DNA of 64,000 nucleotides from a bacterium (GTDB lineage: Bacteria; UBA8248), in assembly GCA_965219955.1 (NCBI GenBank), contig OZ244799.1:3232001-3296000 (forward strand), given 5' to 3'. Both the position numbers and the translations under genes were made by a program. The notes beneath the pieces were generated by a model that saw only the letters and a program-made list of their open reading frames with translations, ran no database searches and had not been told where the DNA came from. This document shows, in pieces, positions 1 to 9,709 of the stretch. The first letter of the stretch is position 1. Each line of letters begins with the position of its first letter.

Positions 1-742
1 GGACGTGGCGCTCGTCTCCCTCGGTGTTGTTCGTCGGGTCGAACCCTCTCCACCCCACGCCAGGAAACCAGCATTCCACCCAGGCGTGGCTCTCGCCCGT
101 GGCCTCTCCTTCTGCTTCGGGCCCCAGATAGCCCGACACGTAGCGGCACGGAACCCCCCAGCCGCGCACGATGGAGGCCATCACGTGCGCGTAGTCCTGG
201 CAGACCCCCCGCCCGGTTTCGAGGATGTGCTCGATGGGCGAATCCACCCGGGTGTGGCCCGGAATGTACTCGAAGACATCGTGGAGTTTGGCGCAAAGCT
301 CGCGCGCGCTCACGAGGGGGTCGTCCCCCGGAGCGATGCCGTGCGCCGCCACGAACGCATTTAGCGCGGGACTCGGGCGAACGAAGCGGCTCGGTTGCGC
401 CATAGGGTAAAGCCCGGGCGTGCGGACGGCGCTCAGAAGCGCCTCCCATGCGCCCGGCTCGAGCCCCTCGGGAGCGGATGCCAGGGGGCCCACCTCCACG
501 CGCGATTGCGCCCTGACTTCAAAGCGCGCATGCGGGCGGGAACGATCCAGAAAGTGCGCGGTGTTGCCGAACGGGTCGGTGAACTCGAAGAGCCGGCCTT
601 CAGGATCGGTGCGCACCGAGAACTCGCACAAGGTCTGGGCGCGGTCGCGGAGCGGACACAGGTAGAGCGTCATCACCGACGCCTGCACGGGCTCCGCGTA
701 ATCGAAGCGCATGGCGTGCTCGACCCTGTAGTTCACTATCAC
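1..742 (-). CDS. Transglutaminase-like protein (Bact_transglu_N + transglutaminase core), truncated by window edge
   Basis: Not in the ORF track; translated by hand. GTG at 742 overlaps the alpha-E stop (GTGA). N-terminus MIVNYRVEHAMRFDYAEPV; catalytic motifs GVCQDYAH, SHAWVE and GWRGFDPTN. Confidence 0.93.
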   Translation of the reverse strand, partial: MIVNYRVEHAMRFDYAEPVQASVMTLYLCPLRDRAQTLCEFSVRTDPEGRLFEFTDPFGNTAHFLDRSRPHARFEVRAQSRVEVGPLASAPEGLEPGAWEALLSAVRTPGLYPMAQPSRFVRPSPALNAFVAAHGIAPGDDPLVSARELCAKLHDVFEYIPGHTRVDSPIEHILETGRGVCQDYAHVMASIVRGWGVPCRYVSGYLGPEAEGEATGESHAWVECWFPGVGWRGFDPTNNTEGDERHV

Positions 743-1713
743 GCCGTAATCTCCTCGGCCAGGGAGCGGTTGACGTAGGCCGCCATCACGAGGTCGTGGA
801 GCGCGCGGGTGTCGTTTCCTATCGCGCGGCAGAACGCGCCCGAATCCACCTCCGCCGAGCCCGCCGCATCCATCTCGATGGCCGCCGTGAGGCGAAGCGC
901 CATCCGGTGCGGCGGCTCGAGCGGGTAGCGCGCGCCGAGCGGGTCGATGCCGGCGAGCGCCTCCTCGATCCGCTGCGCCGAGAAGCGAAGCGAGCGGGGA
1001 AGTTCGGGGTTGCGGGCGAGAAAGCCGAGCACGTCCTCCCGCCGGACCTTCATCGAGTGGCGGCGGCAGTAGATTTCGTACGCGCGGCACACGTGAAGCA
1101 AATCCGCCCAGGAGAGAGCGGCGACGCCCCATCTCGCGTTCGTGAACTCCACCCAGGCCTCCAGGAGCGCGGCCTGGTGCTGCGCCCGCTCGATGAAGCG
1201 GCCCAGTTCGAGAAAGCGCCAGGCGTCGTCGCGCGGCATCGTCGAGTGCACGACGCCCGCGAAAAGCCGCATGCGGTCGATGATATCGAGCGCGAGCCGC
1301 GCCGGGGCCTGCTCCCATTCCCTGGAGAAATTCACCTCCCGCATCCAGAGATAGCCCTGGTTCAGGCGCGTCCATATCGAGAGCGGAAGCTGCGCCCGCA
1401 CGCGCTGGCCGTTCTCGCGCGCCTGACGCCAGCACGAGAGGATGGAGTCGGGATGCGCGCCTTCCTCCACGAGGTTGCCCGCGAGCGTGTAGGCGTCGGG
1501 GATGACATACGCCTCCGCTTCTTCAGCGCCCGAAACCGCTCCGGGCGGGGGCTGGCCCAGCGCCCGGTAGATCGCCGCCCACCCCACGGCCAGTTCATCG
1601 ACGGAGCGATCGACGAGGCGGTTGAGCTGGTATTCGAGAAGACGCGCCGTCTGCTCGACGCGCTCGACGTAGCGGCCCATCCAGTAGAAATCGGCAGCGA
1701 CCCGAGCCAGCAT
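739..1713 (-). CDS. Alpha-E domain protein (DUF403)
   Basis: MLARVAADFYWMGRYVERVEQTARLL N-terminus, second ER motif (LGRFIERA), PRSLRF; typical operon context. Confidence 0.93.
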   Translation of the reverse strand: MLARVAADFYWMGRYVERVEQTARLLEYQLNRLVDRSVDELAVGWAAIYRALGQPPPGAVSGAEEAEAYVIPDAYTLAGNLVEEGAHPDSILSCWRQARENGQRVRAQLPLSIWTRLNQGYLWMREVNFSREWEQAPARLALDIIDRMRLFAGVVHSTMPRDDAWRFLELGRFIERAQHQAALLEAWVEFTNARWGVAALSWADLLHVCRAYEIYCRRHSMKVRREDVLGFLARNPELPRSLRFSAQRIEEALAGIDPLGARYPLEPPHRMALRLTAAIEMDAAGSAEVDSGAFCRAIGNDTRALHDLVMAAYVNRSLAEEITA

Positions 1714-1743
1714 GATTCTCTCTCCTTTACGACCCGATGATGC

Positions 1744-2090
1744 CCGTAGGGGAGGACCCGTGTGTCCTCCCGGTTTCCGTTTTCGCCGTCATTCCGGGAC
1801 AACCGAGCCGTTGGACTGTAGGGGTCGCATATATGCGACCCTGATTTTTTAACCCACTACATGGGCCGCATGTATGCGGCCCCTACAAAAACCGCCTCTC
1901 ACCGGTCGCGTAAAGCCCTCTTCATCAGGGCTTTTTCAACAACCCCGAAGAGGGGAAGGAATCCCGATCATCGAATTGTTCACCGTAGGGACAGGCCTCC
2001 GTGCCTGTCCTAACGAAGGACAACCACGGAGGGTTGTCCCTACAAAACCATCACGAAGGTTGTTCAACATCCCCTTATGCGACCCCTACA
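1744..2090. repeat. REP-like (GTAG-type) palindrome cluster with IS-end-like motifs
   Basis: Inverted pair GTAGGGGTCGCATATATGCGACCC (1818) / GGGCCGCATGTATGCGGCCCCTAC (1863); pair GTAGGGACAGGC...GCCTGTCC / GGACAACC...GGTTGTCCCTAC; TTTTTCAACAACCCC at 1932-1946 and a degenerate copy at 2060-2074. Confidence 0.85.
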
Positions 2091-2166
2091 CCTGGGTTGA
2101 CAATCAAAACAACATGCAGCGGGAGGACGCGCAGGTCCTCCCCTACCCTCTCATCGGAACCAACCC

Positions 2167-3648
2167 CTACGAATCCTCCAGCACCCAGAGGTCCTTGCAG
2201 CCGCCGCCCTGGCTCGAGTTCACCACGAGGCTGCCGCGCCGGAGCGCGACGCGGCACAACCCGCCCGGGACCACGTGCTGCTCCTCGCGCCCCTGGAGCA
2301 CGAAGGGGCGCAGGTCCACGTGGCGCGGCTCGATGCCCCCCTCGACGAAGCACGGCGAGCGCGAGAGCGCGAGCGTGGGCTGGGCGATGAAGTTCGCCGG
2401 GTCCGCGCGCAGCCGCCCGGCATATTCCGCGCGCTCTGCCGCGGTGGCGTGGGGGCCGACCAGCATCCCGTAGCCGCCCGAGCCGCCGACTTCCTTCACC
2501 ACCAGTTCATCAAGATGCTCCAGCGTGTAGGCCAGCCCCTCGGGCTCGCGGCAAAGGTGCGTCTCGACGTTGGAGAGTATCGGCTCCTCGCCCAGGAAAT
2601 AGCGGATGATCCCCGGAACGTAGGCGTAGATGCTCTTGTCGTCCGCCACCCCGGTTCCCGGCGCGTTGGCGAGCACGAGGTTCCCCGCGCGGTAGGCGTG
2701 GAAAAGACCCGCCGCGCCCAGGGCCGAGTCGCTCCGGAACGTGAGGGGATCGAGAAAATCATCGTCCACGCGGCGGTAGAGCACGTCTATCCGCCGAAGC
2801 CCCGCCGTCGTGCGCGCGTAGAGGGCGGCGTCGCGGACGATCAGGTCCTGCCCCTCCACGAGGTCGACGCCCATCTCGCCGGCGAGAAAGGCGTGTTCGT
2901 AGTAGGCGGAGTTGAAGATTCCGGGCGTGAGCACCGCCACGTTCGGCTCCCTCGACGAGTGGCCCAGGGAGACGAGTGTGGAATAGAGATGCTCCGCGTA
3001 GTCGGCCACCTCGCGCACCCGGTGCTCGCGGTAGAGCCTGGGCAGCACGTCCTTGATGGCGTTCCGGCAGGCGAGCATGTAGGAGACGCCCGAGGGAACG
3101 CGCAGGTTGTCCTCCAGGACGGCAAACCCCTCGTGGGTGCGGACGATGTCGGTCCCGCACACGGCGACGTAAACGTCGTGGGGGACTTTCAGGCCGCGCA
3201 TCTCCATGCGGTATTGCGGACAGCCGAGCACGAGGTCGACGGGAACGAGCTTATCGCGCAGGCAGCGGCCCTCGCCGTAGACGTCTTTCAGGAACAGGTT
3301 GAGCGCGGCGAGACGCTGCTTGAGGCCGCGTTCGATGTGGTCCCACTCCGATGCCGTCAGCAGCCTGGGCACGCAGTCGATGGGGATGATCCGCTCGGTG
3401 GCCTCCTCCGCGTCGAGCACCGTGAAGGTGATGCCCTCGTAGAGAAAGCGGCGGTAGACGCCCTCCTGGAGTTTTTCCAGATCCTCAGGCGTCAGTTCGG
3501 TGAGCGCGGTTTTCAGGCGCTCGCACGAGCCGCGCGGACTGCCCTCCGAGTCGAACATCTCGTCATAAAAGTTCGAATCCAGATCGTATCCCGCGAATGG
3601 TCCCTCACCCTTCATCGAGGCGAGCGATCCATCGGCACCTTCGTTCAT
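2167..3648 (-). CDS. Circularly permuted type 2 ATP-grasp protein (DUF404/407)
   Basis: Motifs GITFTV, VLEDNLRVPSGVSY, YRRVDDDFLDP, NAPGTGVADDK, VVNSSQGGGCKD. ATG at 3648 is preceded by GGAG; the ORF extends to 3723. Confidence 0.93.
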   Translation of the reverse strand: MNEGADGSLASMKGEGPFAGYDLDSNFYDEMFDSEGSPRGSCERLKTALTELTPEDLEKLQEGVYRRFLYEGITFTVLDAEEATERIIPIDCVPRLLTASEWDHIERGLKQRLAALNLFLKDVYGEGRCLRDKLVPVDLVLGCPQYRMEMRGLKVPHDVYVAVCGTDIVRTHEGFAVLEDNLRVPSGVSYMLACRNAIKDVLPRLYREHRVREVADYAEHLYSTLVSLGHSSREPNVAVLTPGIFNSAYYEHAFLAGEMGVDLVEGQDLIVRDAALYARTTAGLRRIDVLYRRVDDDFLDPLTFRSDSALGAAGLFHAYRAGNLVLANAPGTGVADDKSIYAYVPGIIRYFLGEEPILSNVETHLCREPEGLAYTLEHLDELVVKEVGGSGGYGMLVGPHATAAERAEYAGRLRADPANFIAQPTLALSRSPCFVEGGIEPRHVDLRPFVLQGREEQHVVPGGLCRVALRRGSLVVNSSQGGGCKDLWVLEDS

Positions 3649-3916
3649 TCGCCGCTCCAGGTATCGAGTATGTGTGGATTCTTCAGTCGCGAACAGGTTA
3701 ACCGCGATTCGGGCTTGGTTCAAGTTTCAAGTTCGAGACGGATCAGGGGCCGGGAAATTTGCGGTTGCGCCGGAATGGCGCTTGGCATAGTATATTTCGT
3801 TGCATCACAACGCATTACGAATGAGTCTTGAAGGATGGTTGTCCCCTGGTTTTCGGTCGGCGAGCCGGCCGCTCATGATGTGGGCATAAAACAACTCTCA
3901 TAAAAAGGAGAATCGC

Positions 3917-5032
3917 ATGAAACGTCGTGACTTTATGACCGGCGCCGCGGCCGGGACCGCCGCTGCGGTCGTAACGGGCACCGGACTGGCCCAGGCCCAG
4001 AAGGCGCCCGCCATGATGAAGAAGCGCATCGAGATCGCCATCGTCACCACCTGGCCGCGCGACTTCCCGGGTCTCGGCACCGGGGCGCAGCGCTTCGCCA
4101 AACGGCTCCAGGACATGAGCGACGGCCGCATCCAGGTGAGCTACTTCGCCGCAGGCGAGCGCGTCGGCGCCTTCGACTCGTTCGACGAGGTGGCTTCGGG
4201 CAACGCGCAGGGCTATCACGCGGCCGACTACTACTGGAAGGGCAAGCATCCGGGATGGGCCTACTTCACGGCGGTGCCGTTCGGCCTCACCTACACCGAG
4301 TTCAACGCCTGGATCCGCTTCGGCGGAGGACAGCAGCTCTGGGACGAACTAGCCGCGGGGTTCGGGCTCAAGGGCGTCATGTGCGGGAACACGGGCGTTC
4401 AGATGGGCGGCTGGTTCCGCAAGGAGATCAACAGCCCCGACGACCTGAAGGGCCTCAAGATGCGTATTCCGGGCCTCGGCGGCGACGTCATGGCGAAGCT
4501 CGGCGCCTCGCCGGTATCCCTGCCGGGCGGGCAGATCTACGAGAACCTCGTCTCGGGCGCCATCGACGCCACCGAATGGGTGGGGCCGTGGAACGACGAA
4601 TTCATGAAGTTCTATGAAGCCGCCAAGTACTACTACTACCCGGGCATGCACGAGCCAGGCTCGATGCTCGCCGCGGGCTTCAACAAGAAGTTCTGGGATT
4701 CGCTCTCGAAGGCCGATCAGACGATGATCGAGGCCGCGGCCGCCATGGAGAACGACGTGATGATGGCCGAGTACAACGCCAAGAACGGCGCTGCGCTGGC
4801 GCGGCTCACGCAAGACCAGGGCGTCCAGGTGCGCAAGTTCAACGACGACATCTACGACGCGTTCGGGAAAGCGGCCGAGGAAGTCTTCGCGGGGGTTGTG
4901 ACCCACAGCCCGCTCGCCAAGCGCATCCATGAGAGCTTCGACAAGGCGCGCCGTGAGATCGGCGCCTGGTCGAATCTCGCCGACCAGGCGTTCGTTGCGC
5001 AGCGCAACCGCGTGCTGGGCGTTTCAAGCTAG
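3917..5032 (+). CDS. dctP: TRAP transporter substrate-binding protein (DctP/TakP-like), Tat signal
   Basis: MKRRDF Tat motif, VTTWPRDFPGLG, KMRIPGLGG, DATEWVGP; AGGAG RBS. Confidence 0.93.
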   Translation: MKRRDFMTGAAAGTAAAVVTGTGLAQAQKAPAMMKKRIEIAIVTTWPRDFPGLGTGAQRFAKRLQDMSDGRIQVSYFAAGERVGAFDSFDEVASGNAQGYHAADYYWKGKHPGWAYFTAVPFGLTYTEFNAWIRFGGGQQLWDELAAGFGLKGVMCGNTGVQMGGWFRKEINSPDDLKGLKMRIPGLGGDVMAKLGASPVSLPGGQIYENLVSGAIDATEWVGPWNDEFMKFYEAAKYYYYPGMHEPGSMLAAGFNKKFWDSLSKADQTMIEAAAAMENDVMMAEYNAKNGAALARLTQDQGVQVRKFNDDIYDAFGKAAEEVFAGVVTHSPLAKRIHESFDKARREIGAWSNLADQAFVAQRNRVLGVSS

Positions 5033-5074
5033 ACGTCCGGCGCATAGCGTGACGGACCGCTACGGTTTTCCACG

Positions 5075-6070
5075 GTGACGGAAGCTCAGCAGGACACGGA
5101 CGAAAGACGGCCCGGCATCGCGGACGCGCTCTACCGCGCGTTCGCGCTGTCGGTGGCCGCGACGACCTTCGTTTTCCTCTTCAACAACTACCTGGTCTTC
5201 TGGCATGGCTGGCCGGGCGTCGCGCGCATCTTCTCCGGCGGGGGGGCGGCGTTCCTGGCGTGGCTTCAACTCGCAGCCTACGGCATCCCGGTCGCCGCCA
5301 TCACCGTCTTCGCGCTCAGGAACCGGGAGAGGCCGTTCGCGTCCGACGCGGCGCTTCTCAGTTCCGTCACCGCCTACATCATCGCCGCGGCCTTCTGGTC
5401 GACGTTCTTCATCGGGGTCGTCGACGGCGTCATATCGTTCCTGCGCGTGGAAGGCCTCCTGCCTGCGGTGTTCGGCAAGAAGCTGGCCCAGCAGCTTGGC
5501 GTGTCGAGTTTCCGCGGCGTCTACGTGCATCTGCCCCTGATGCTCGCGGCGGTGGTGGTGGCGTGCTTCAAGCGGGGGCTCGACTTCATCTGGCTCGCGC
5601 TGCTCGTGGTCGTCGCCGAGTTCCAGATCGTCATCGCGCGCTTCATCTTCTCCTACGAGCAGGCTTTCATGGGCGATCTGGTGCGTTTCTGGTACGCGGC
5701 GCTGTTCCTGTTCGCCAGCGCCCATACCCTGGTCGCCGGGGGCCACGTGCGCGTGGACGTGCTGTATACGCATTTCACCGACCGGCGCAAGGCCCTGGTC
5801 AACGCGTGGGGCTCCATACTGCTGGGCGTGCCGCTGTGCTGGACCATCCTCGCCGTCGGCATGGCGGGCAAGGCGTCCGTCATCAACAGCCCGCTGCTTT
5901 ACTTCGAAACCTCCCAGAGCGGGTACGGCCTCTACGTCAAGTACCTGATGGCGGGTTTCCTCGCCGTCTACGCCGTTTCCATGATGACGCAGTTTCTGGC
6001 GTACTACCTTGACGCCATGGCGGTTCTTCGCGGGCAGTCGCCCAGCCAGCCCACGCACGAGCCGGCCTGA
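5075..6070 (+). CDS. dctQ: TRAP small permease (DctQ), enlarged N-terminal membrane region
   Basis: GHVRVDVLY DctQ motif in the C-terminal half; about 8 hydrophobic segments; lies between dctP and dctM. Confidence 0.85.
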   Translation: MTEAQQDTDERRPGIADALYRAFALSVAATTFVFLFNNYLVFWHGWPGVARIFSGGGAAFLAWLQLAAYGIPVAAITVFALRNRERPFASDAALLSSVTAYIIAAAFWSTFFIGVVDGVISFLRVEGLLPAVFGKKLAQQLGVSSFRGVYVHLPLMLAAVVVACFKRGLDFIWLALLVVVAEFQIVIARFIFSYEQAFMGDLVRFWYAALFLFASAHTLVAGGHVRVDVLYTHFTDRRKALVNAWGSILLGVPLCWTILAVGMAGKASVINSPLLYFETSQSGYGLYVKYLMAGFLAVYAVSMMTQFLAYYLDAMAVLRGQSPSQPTHEPA

Positions 6071-6072
6071 AC

Positions 6073-8724
6073 GTGGAACTCTTCTTTCTCGCACTGCTGA
6101 TCCTGGCCATGGCCGGGGCGCTGGCGTCGGGTTACCCGGTGGCCTTCGCGCTGCCCGGCTCGGCCATCCTGACCATCGGACTCGCCTCGCTCACCGGCTA
6201 CATCTTCGCAGGCGACGCCAGCGCCTTCTTCGCGCAGGACGGCCCCGTTCAGTGGCTCACGGCCGGCGTGACCAATTTCCGGGGCGTCTACTGGGAGGTC
6301 GAGCGCGACACCATCATCGCCGTGCCCCTGTTCGTGTTCATGGGCATCATGCTGCAGCGCTCGAAGATCGCCGAAGACCTGCTGGTGACCATGGCGCGCC
6401 TGTTCGGGCCGGTTCCGGGCGGTCTCGGCATCTCGGTGGTGCTGGTGGGGGCGCTGCTCGCCGCCACGACCGGCATTCTCGGCGCCACCGTGGTCGCCAT
6501 GGGCCTCATCTCGCTGCCGGCCATGCTGCGCAACGGCTACTCGCGCCAGCTCGCCACCGGGACCATCTGCGCGGCGGGCACGCTGGGGCAGATCATCCCG
6601 CCCTCCGTGGTGCTCATCATCCTGGCCGACCAGCTCTCGAACGCCACCGATCAGGCGGGCACGCTGCGGCTGGTGGACTTCAAGGCCTCCACCGGCCAGT
6701 TCATCATGCCCACGGAGTTCAGCATCACCTCGGCCAGCGCGGGCGACATGTTCCTGGGGGCCATCGTTCCCGGCCTGGTGCTGGTGGGCCTCTACGTCAT
6801 CTACATTCTCACGGTCGCCCTCATACGGCCCGGCACCGCGCCGGCCATCCCCATGATAGGAAGCTTCGACCGCCAGTTCGCCTTCCGCGTCCTGTTGGCG
6901 CTCATTCCGCCCCTGGCGCTCATCCTGGCCGTCCTCGGCTCCATCATCGCGGGGGTCGCCACGGTCAACCAGGCCGGCGCCATCGGCGCCGTCGGCGCCA
7001 CCATCATGGCGGGGTACCGCTTGAATGAAGGGCAGCGCGGGTGCTACACGCCGGCCATCATCGCGGGCCTTTCCCTGCTGGCGCTCTTCATCCTGCTGGC
7101 CACCTTCGATCTGAACATACGCACCATTCACGGCGCCTACGAGGCCATCGGCGTGACGTTCGCGGCCATCGCGGTCTTCGGGCTGCTGGTCTCCGTGGCC
7201 TGGAGCGGCTGGCGCGCCTACCGCAGCGAGAACATGCTCGCGGGCGTCATGGTCGAGACCGCCAAGACGACGGCCATGGTCTTCATCATCCTCCTGGGCG
7301 CGGCCATGCTCACCTCCGCCTTCCGGGGCTTCGGCGGCGAGGAGTTGGTGAAAGAGTTCCTCACCACCCTGCCGGGCGGTTTCTGGAGCCAGTTCATCGT
7401 CGTCATGGCGGTCATCTTCATCTTGGGTTTTTTCCTCGATTTCATCGAGATCGCGGTGGTGGTGGTGCCCATCGTGGCCCCCATCCTTCTCTCGGACCCC
7501 TCGGCCAACGTCACCGCGGTCTGGCTCGGGGTGATGATAGGCGTCAACATGCAGACCTCCTTCCTGACGCCGCCGTTCGGTTTCGCGCTGTTCTACCTGC
7601 GCGGCGTGGCGCCGCCCGACGTGCTGACGACGGACATCTACAAGGGCGTGGTCCCCTTCATCGTGCTGCAACTCCTGGCCCTGGGCATCGTCGGCTTCTA
7701 TCCTCCCCTGGTGAACTACCTGCCGATGCGCACCTCGCTCACCGGCGAGACCGCGCCGCCGCCGCGGAACCCGCGCTTACAGAACTGCCTGGAGCAGCAC
7801 CTCTTCGAGCAGTACGACCGCGACGGCGAGACGATACGCGCGAGCATACGAACCGCGCAGAAACTCGATACCGGCTATCTGCCCAAAAAAGTCCGGGGGC
7901 AACTGACCGGCGGCATGGAGAAGGCGGCCCGGACTTTCGATCTGGTCGCGCAGGTGCGCCGCACAAATGCCGAGCGAAAGAAGTTCGGGGAAACCTACAA
8001 GCCCTTGCATACCGTCATCAGGCGCGTCAACGCGGAGGAAAGGCGGATCGACCGCGAGATCCGCGAGATCCGCACCACCATCCGGCGCATGGGGGGCGAC
8101 ACGGACGCCGCGGCGGCGCTGCGCCACGAGATCGAGGAGTTGACGAAGCAAAGGGCCCGCGCCGAGGCGAGACGCCCCGAAGGCGGGAAGAAGATGCGCC
8201 GTCGTTACCTGACGCTCGAAAAGAAGGAAACCCGCGCCCGCCGCAACTACCGGCGCAACGTGGACGACGCCTACACTTCCGTGCGCAAGGTGCGCGAGAT
8301 GCTGGCGAAGGTAGCGGCTCTTGAGAAGGCGGGTGCCAAGCTCAAGAGGCTGCCCGAAATCCTCCAGACGCAGACGGCCAAAAAGGCGGGTTCCGCCATC
8401 CGTGAAGCCGAGCGGGCGTTCAGAAAAGTTCCCGGAACCTACAATTTACGTTCCAACCTCTCCAGGGCGCGCTCGGATTCCAGGCGCGGCAAGTCAGGCC
8501 TGAAGCGCGCCGAAAAGCGCCTGAAAGATGTGATCGCCCTGTTCGAGCGCGAGGTGGCCTGGCGCTCCCGCGCCGCCCGTGAGCTCGACTCCGGCCTGGC
8601 CACTTACGAAGCCGCCATACGCGGAACCATCGGGATCCGGCAGCTCGAGCGGCTCCCAACCCGGCTCGCGAAACCCGTGGCGGCCTGCATGTCGAACCAC
8701 CGCGACATCTCGCTGAGCTTCTAG
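6073..8724 (+). CDS. dctM: TRAP large permease (DctM) with long C-terminal helical extension
   Basis: AVPLFVFMG, GTLGQIIPPS, QTSFLTPPFGFALFYL motifs, followed by about 330 aa of charged, coiled-coil-like sequence. Confidence 0.92.
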   Translation: MELFFLALLILAMAGALASGYPVAFALPGSAILTIGLASLTGYIFAGDASAFFAQDGPVQWLTAGVTNFRGVYWEVERDTIIAVPLFVFMGIMLQRSKIAEDLLVTMARLFGPVPGGLGISVVLVGALLAATTGILGATVVAMGLISLPAMLRNGYSRQLATGTICAAGTLGQIIPPSVVLIILADQLSNATDQAGTLRLVDFKASTGQFIMPTEFSITSASAGDMFLGAIVPGLVLVGLYVIYILTVALIRPGTAPAIPMIGSFDRQFAFRVLLALIPPLALILAVLGSIIAGVATVNQAGAIGAVGATIMAGYRLNEGQRGCYTPAIIAGLSLLALFILLATFDLNIRTIHGAYEAIGVTFAAIAVFGLLVSVAWSGWRAYRSENMLAGVMVETAKTTAMVFIILLGAAMLTSAFRGFGGEELVKEFLTTLPGGFWSQFIVVMAVIFILGFFLDFIEIAVVVVPIVAPILLSDPSANVTAVWLGVMIGVNMQTSFLTPPFGFALFYLRGVAPPDVLTTDIYKGVVPFIVLQLLALGIVGFYPPLVNYLPMRTSLTGETAPPPRNPRLQNCLEQHLFEQYDRDGETIRASIRTAQKLDTGYLPKKVRGQLTGGMEKAARTFDLVAQVRRTNAERKKFGETYKPLHTVIRRVNAEERRIDREIREIRTTIRRMGGDTDAAAALRHEIEELTKQRARAEARRPEGGKKMRRRYLTLEKKETRARRNYRRNVDDAYTSVRKVREMLAKVAALEKAGAKLKRLPEILQTQTAKKAGSAIREAERAFRKVPGTYNLRSNLSRARSDSRRGKSGLKRAEKRLKDVIALFEREVAWRSRAARELDSGLATYEAAIRGTIGIRQLERLPTRLAKPVAACMSNHRDISLSF

Positions 8725-8764
8725 GGGTAGTTGCAAACCCCGCCCCGCCTGGAATCAACCATTG

Positions 8765-9583
8765 CCGTCATTCCGGCAATCATTTCCGACCAAGGCGGGA
8801 GGGAATGCGGAATCCGGCGCAGAGCGGAATGGCAATACTCCGGCTTTTCATCTCCTCGTCACTGGCGGGAACCAACCAGAAAATAAAAAAAGCAAAACAG
8901 ATGGACTCCGCAAACCCTCCTGTATCGGGGTTGTTGGAAAAGCTCTGTATGCATCCCCTGGAAACCGCCGACACCTCTTTCCTCACCCTGAGTAGCCGCC
9001 GAAGGTAAAACGCGACTGAGAAAGGAGCGTTTGTATCGAAGGGCGAGGGGCTCGCGCCGTGGCAAGAGGCATCCTTCGATACGGCGCTTACGCGCCTACT
9101 CAGGATGAGGCGGTGTGGTTTTGTTCGTCATTCCGGCGAAAGCCGGAATCCATTTTTCGCCTTCGCCTTTTCGTTCGGACGTTTTTACTCCCGTGCGGGG
9201 CGGATCGGAATCAAACACAAAAACGAAAGGCGAATTCTCTGGATTCTGCATTCGGACGCCGCGCGACAATAAGGTCGTGGCCGCCCTGCCCGGTGAAAAG
9301 TCAAAATGGATTCCGGCTTTCGCCGGAATGACGGCGGTGGTCACTTCCGCGCGAGGGGGAGCTTTTTCAACAACCCCATAAGGGGGGTAGGGGGGGTTGC
9401 CTTTCAACAAATGGGGGGGCAATCGAACCGACCGAGGAGGCACCGCCCCGTAGGGACAGGCCTCCGTGCCTGTCCTGATTCTAACCATCCTGCAAAAGGA
9501 CAACCACGGAGGGCAGGACAACCCCAAAGGGTTGTCCCTACTACAACCGCAACAACGACTGACGAGGACTTTTCAACAGCCCC
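8765..9583. repeat. Composite intergenic repeat mosaic (REP-like hairpin pairs plus 15-bp IS-end-like motifs)
   Basis: GGGGTTGTTGGAAAA at 8927; ACCCTGAGTAG/CTACTCAGGATGA pair 8985-9108; GTCATTCCGGCGAAAGCCGGAATCC inverted pair 9126-9332; TTTTTCAACAACCCC at 9363-9377; GTAG pair about 9449-9541; TTTTCAACAGCCCC at 9570-9583. Confidence 0.88.
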
Positions 9584-9709
9584 CTTCCAGGGGCGCCATC
9601 CGCAGCGTGGAATCAAAACGAAAGCGGATTCGCTGCAATTCCATTGCACCCCGGCGAGTCCGTGCCCAACCGCTCCGCCGTCCGGCGCCGTCGTCCCCCG
9701 CCTGTTCCG

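Noticed and set aside
3770-3815. Possible sigma54 promoter between the ATP-grasp and dctP genes (TTGGCA ... TTGCA)
   Set aside because: The GG-to-GC spacing does not fit the -24/-12 consensus.
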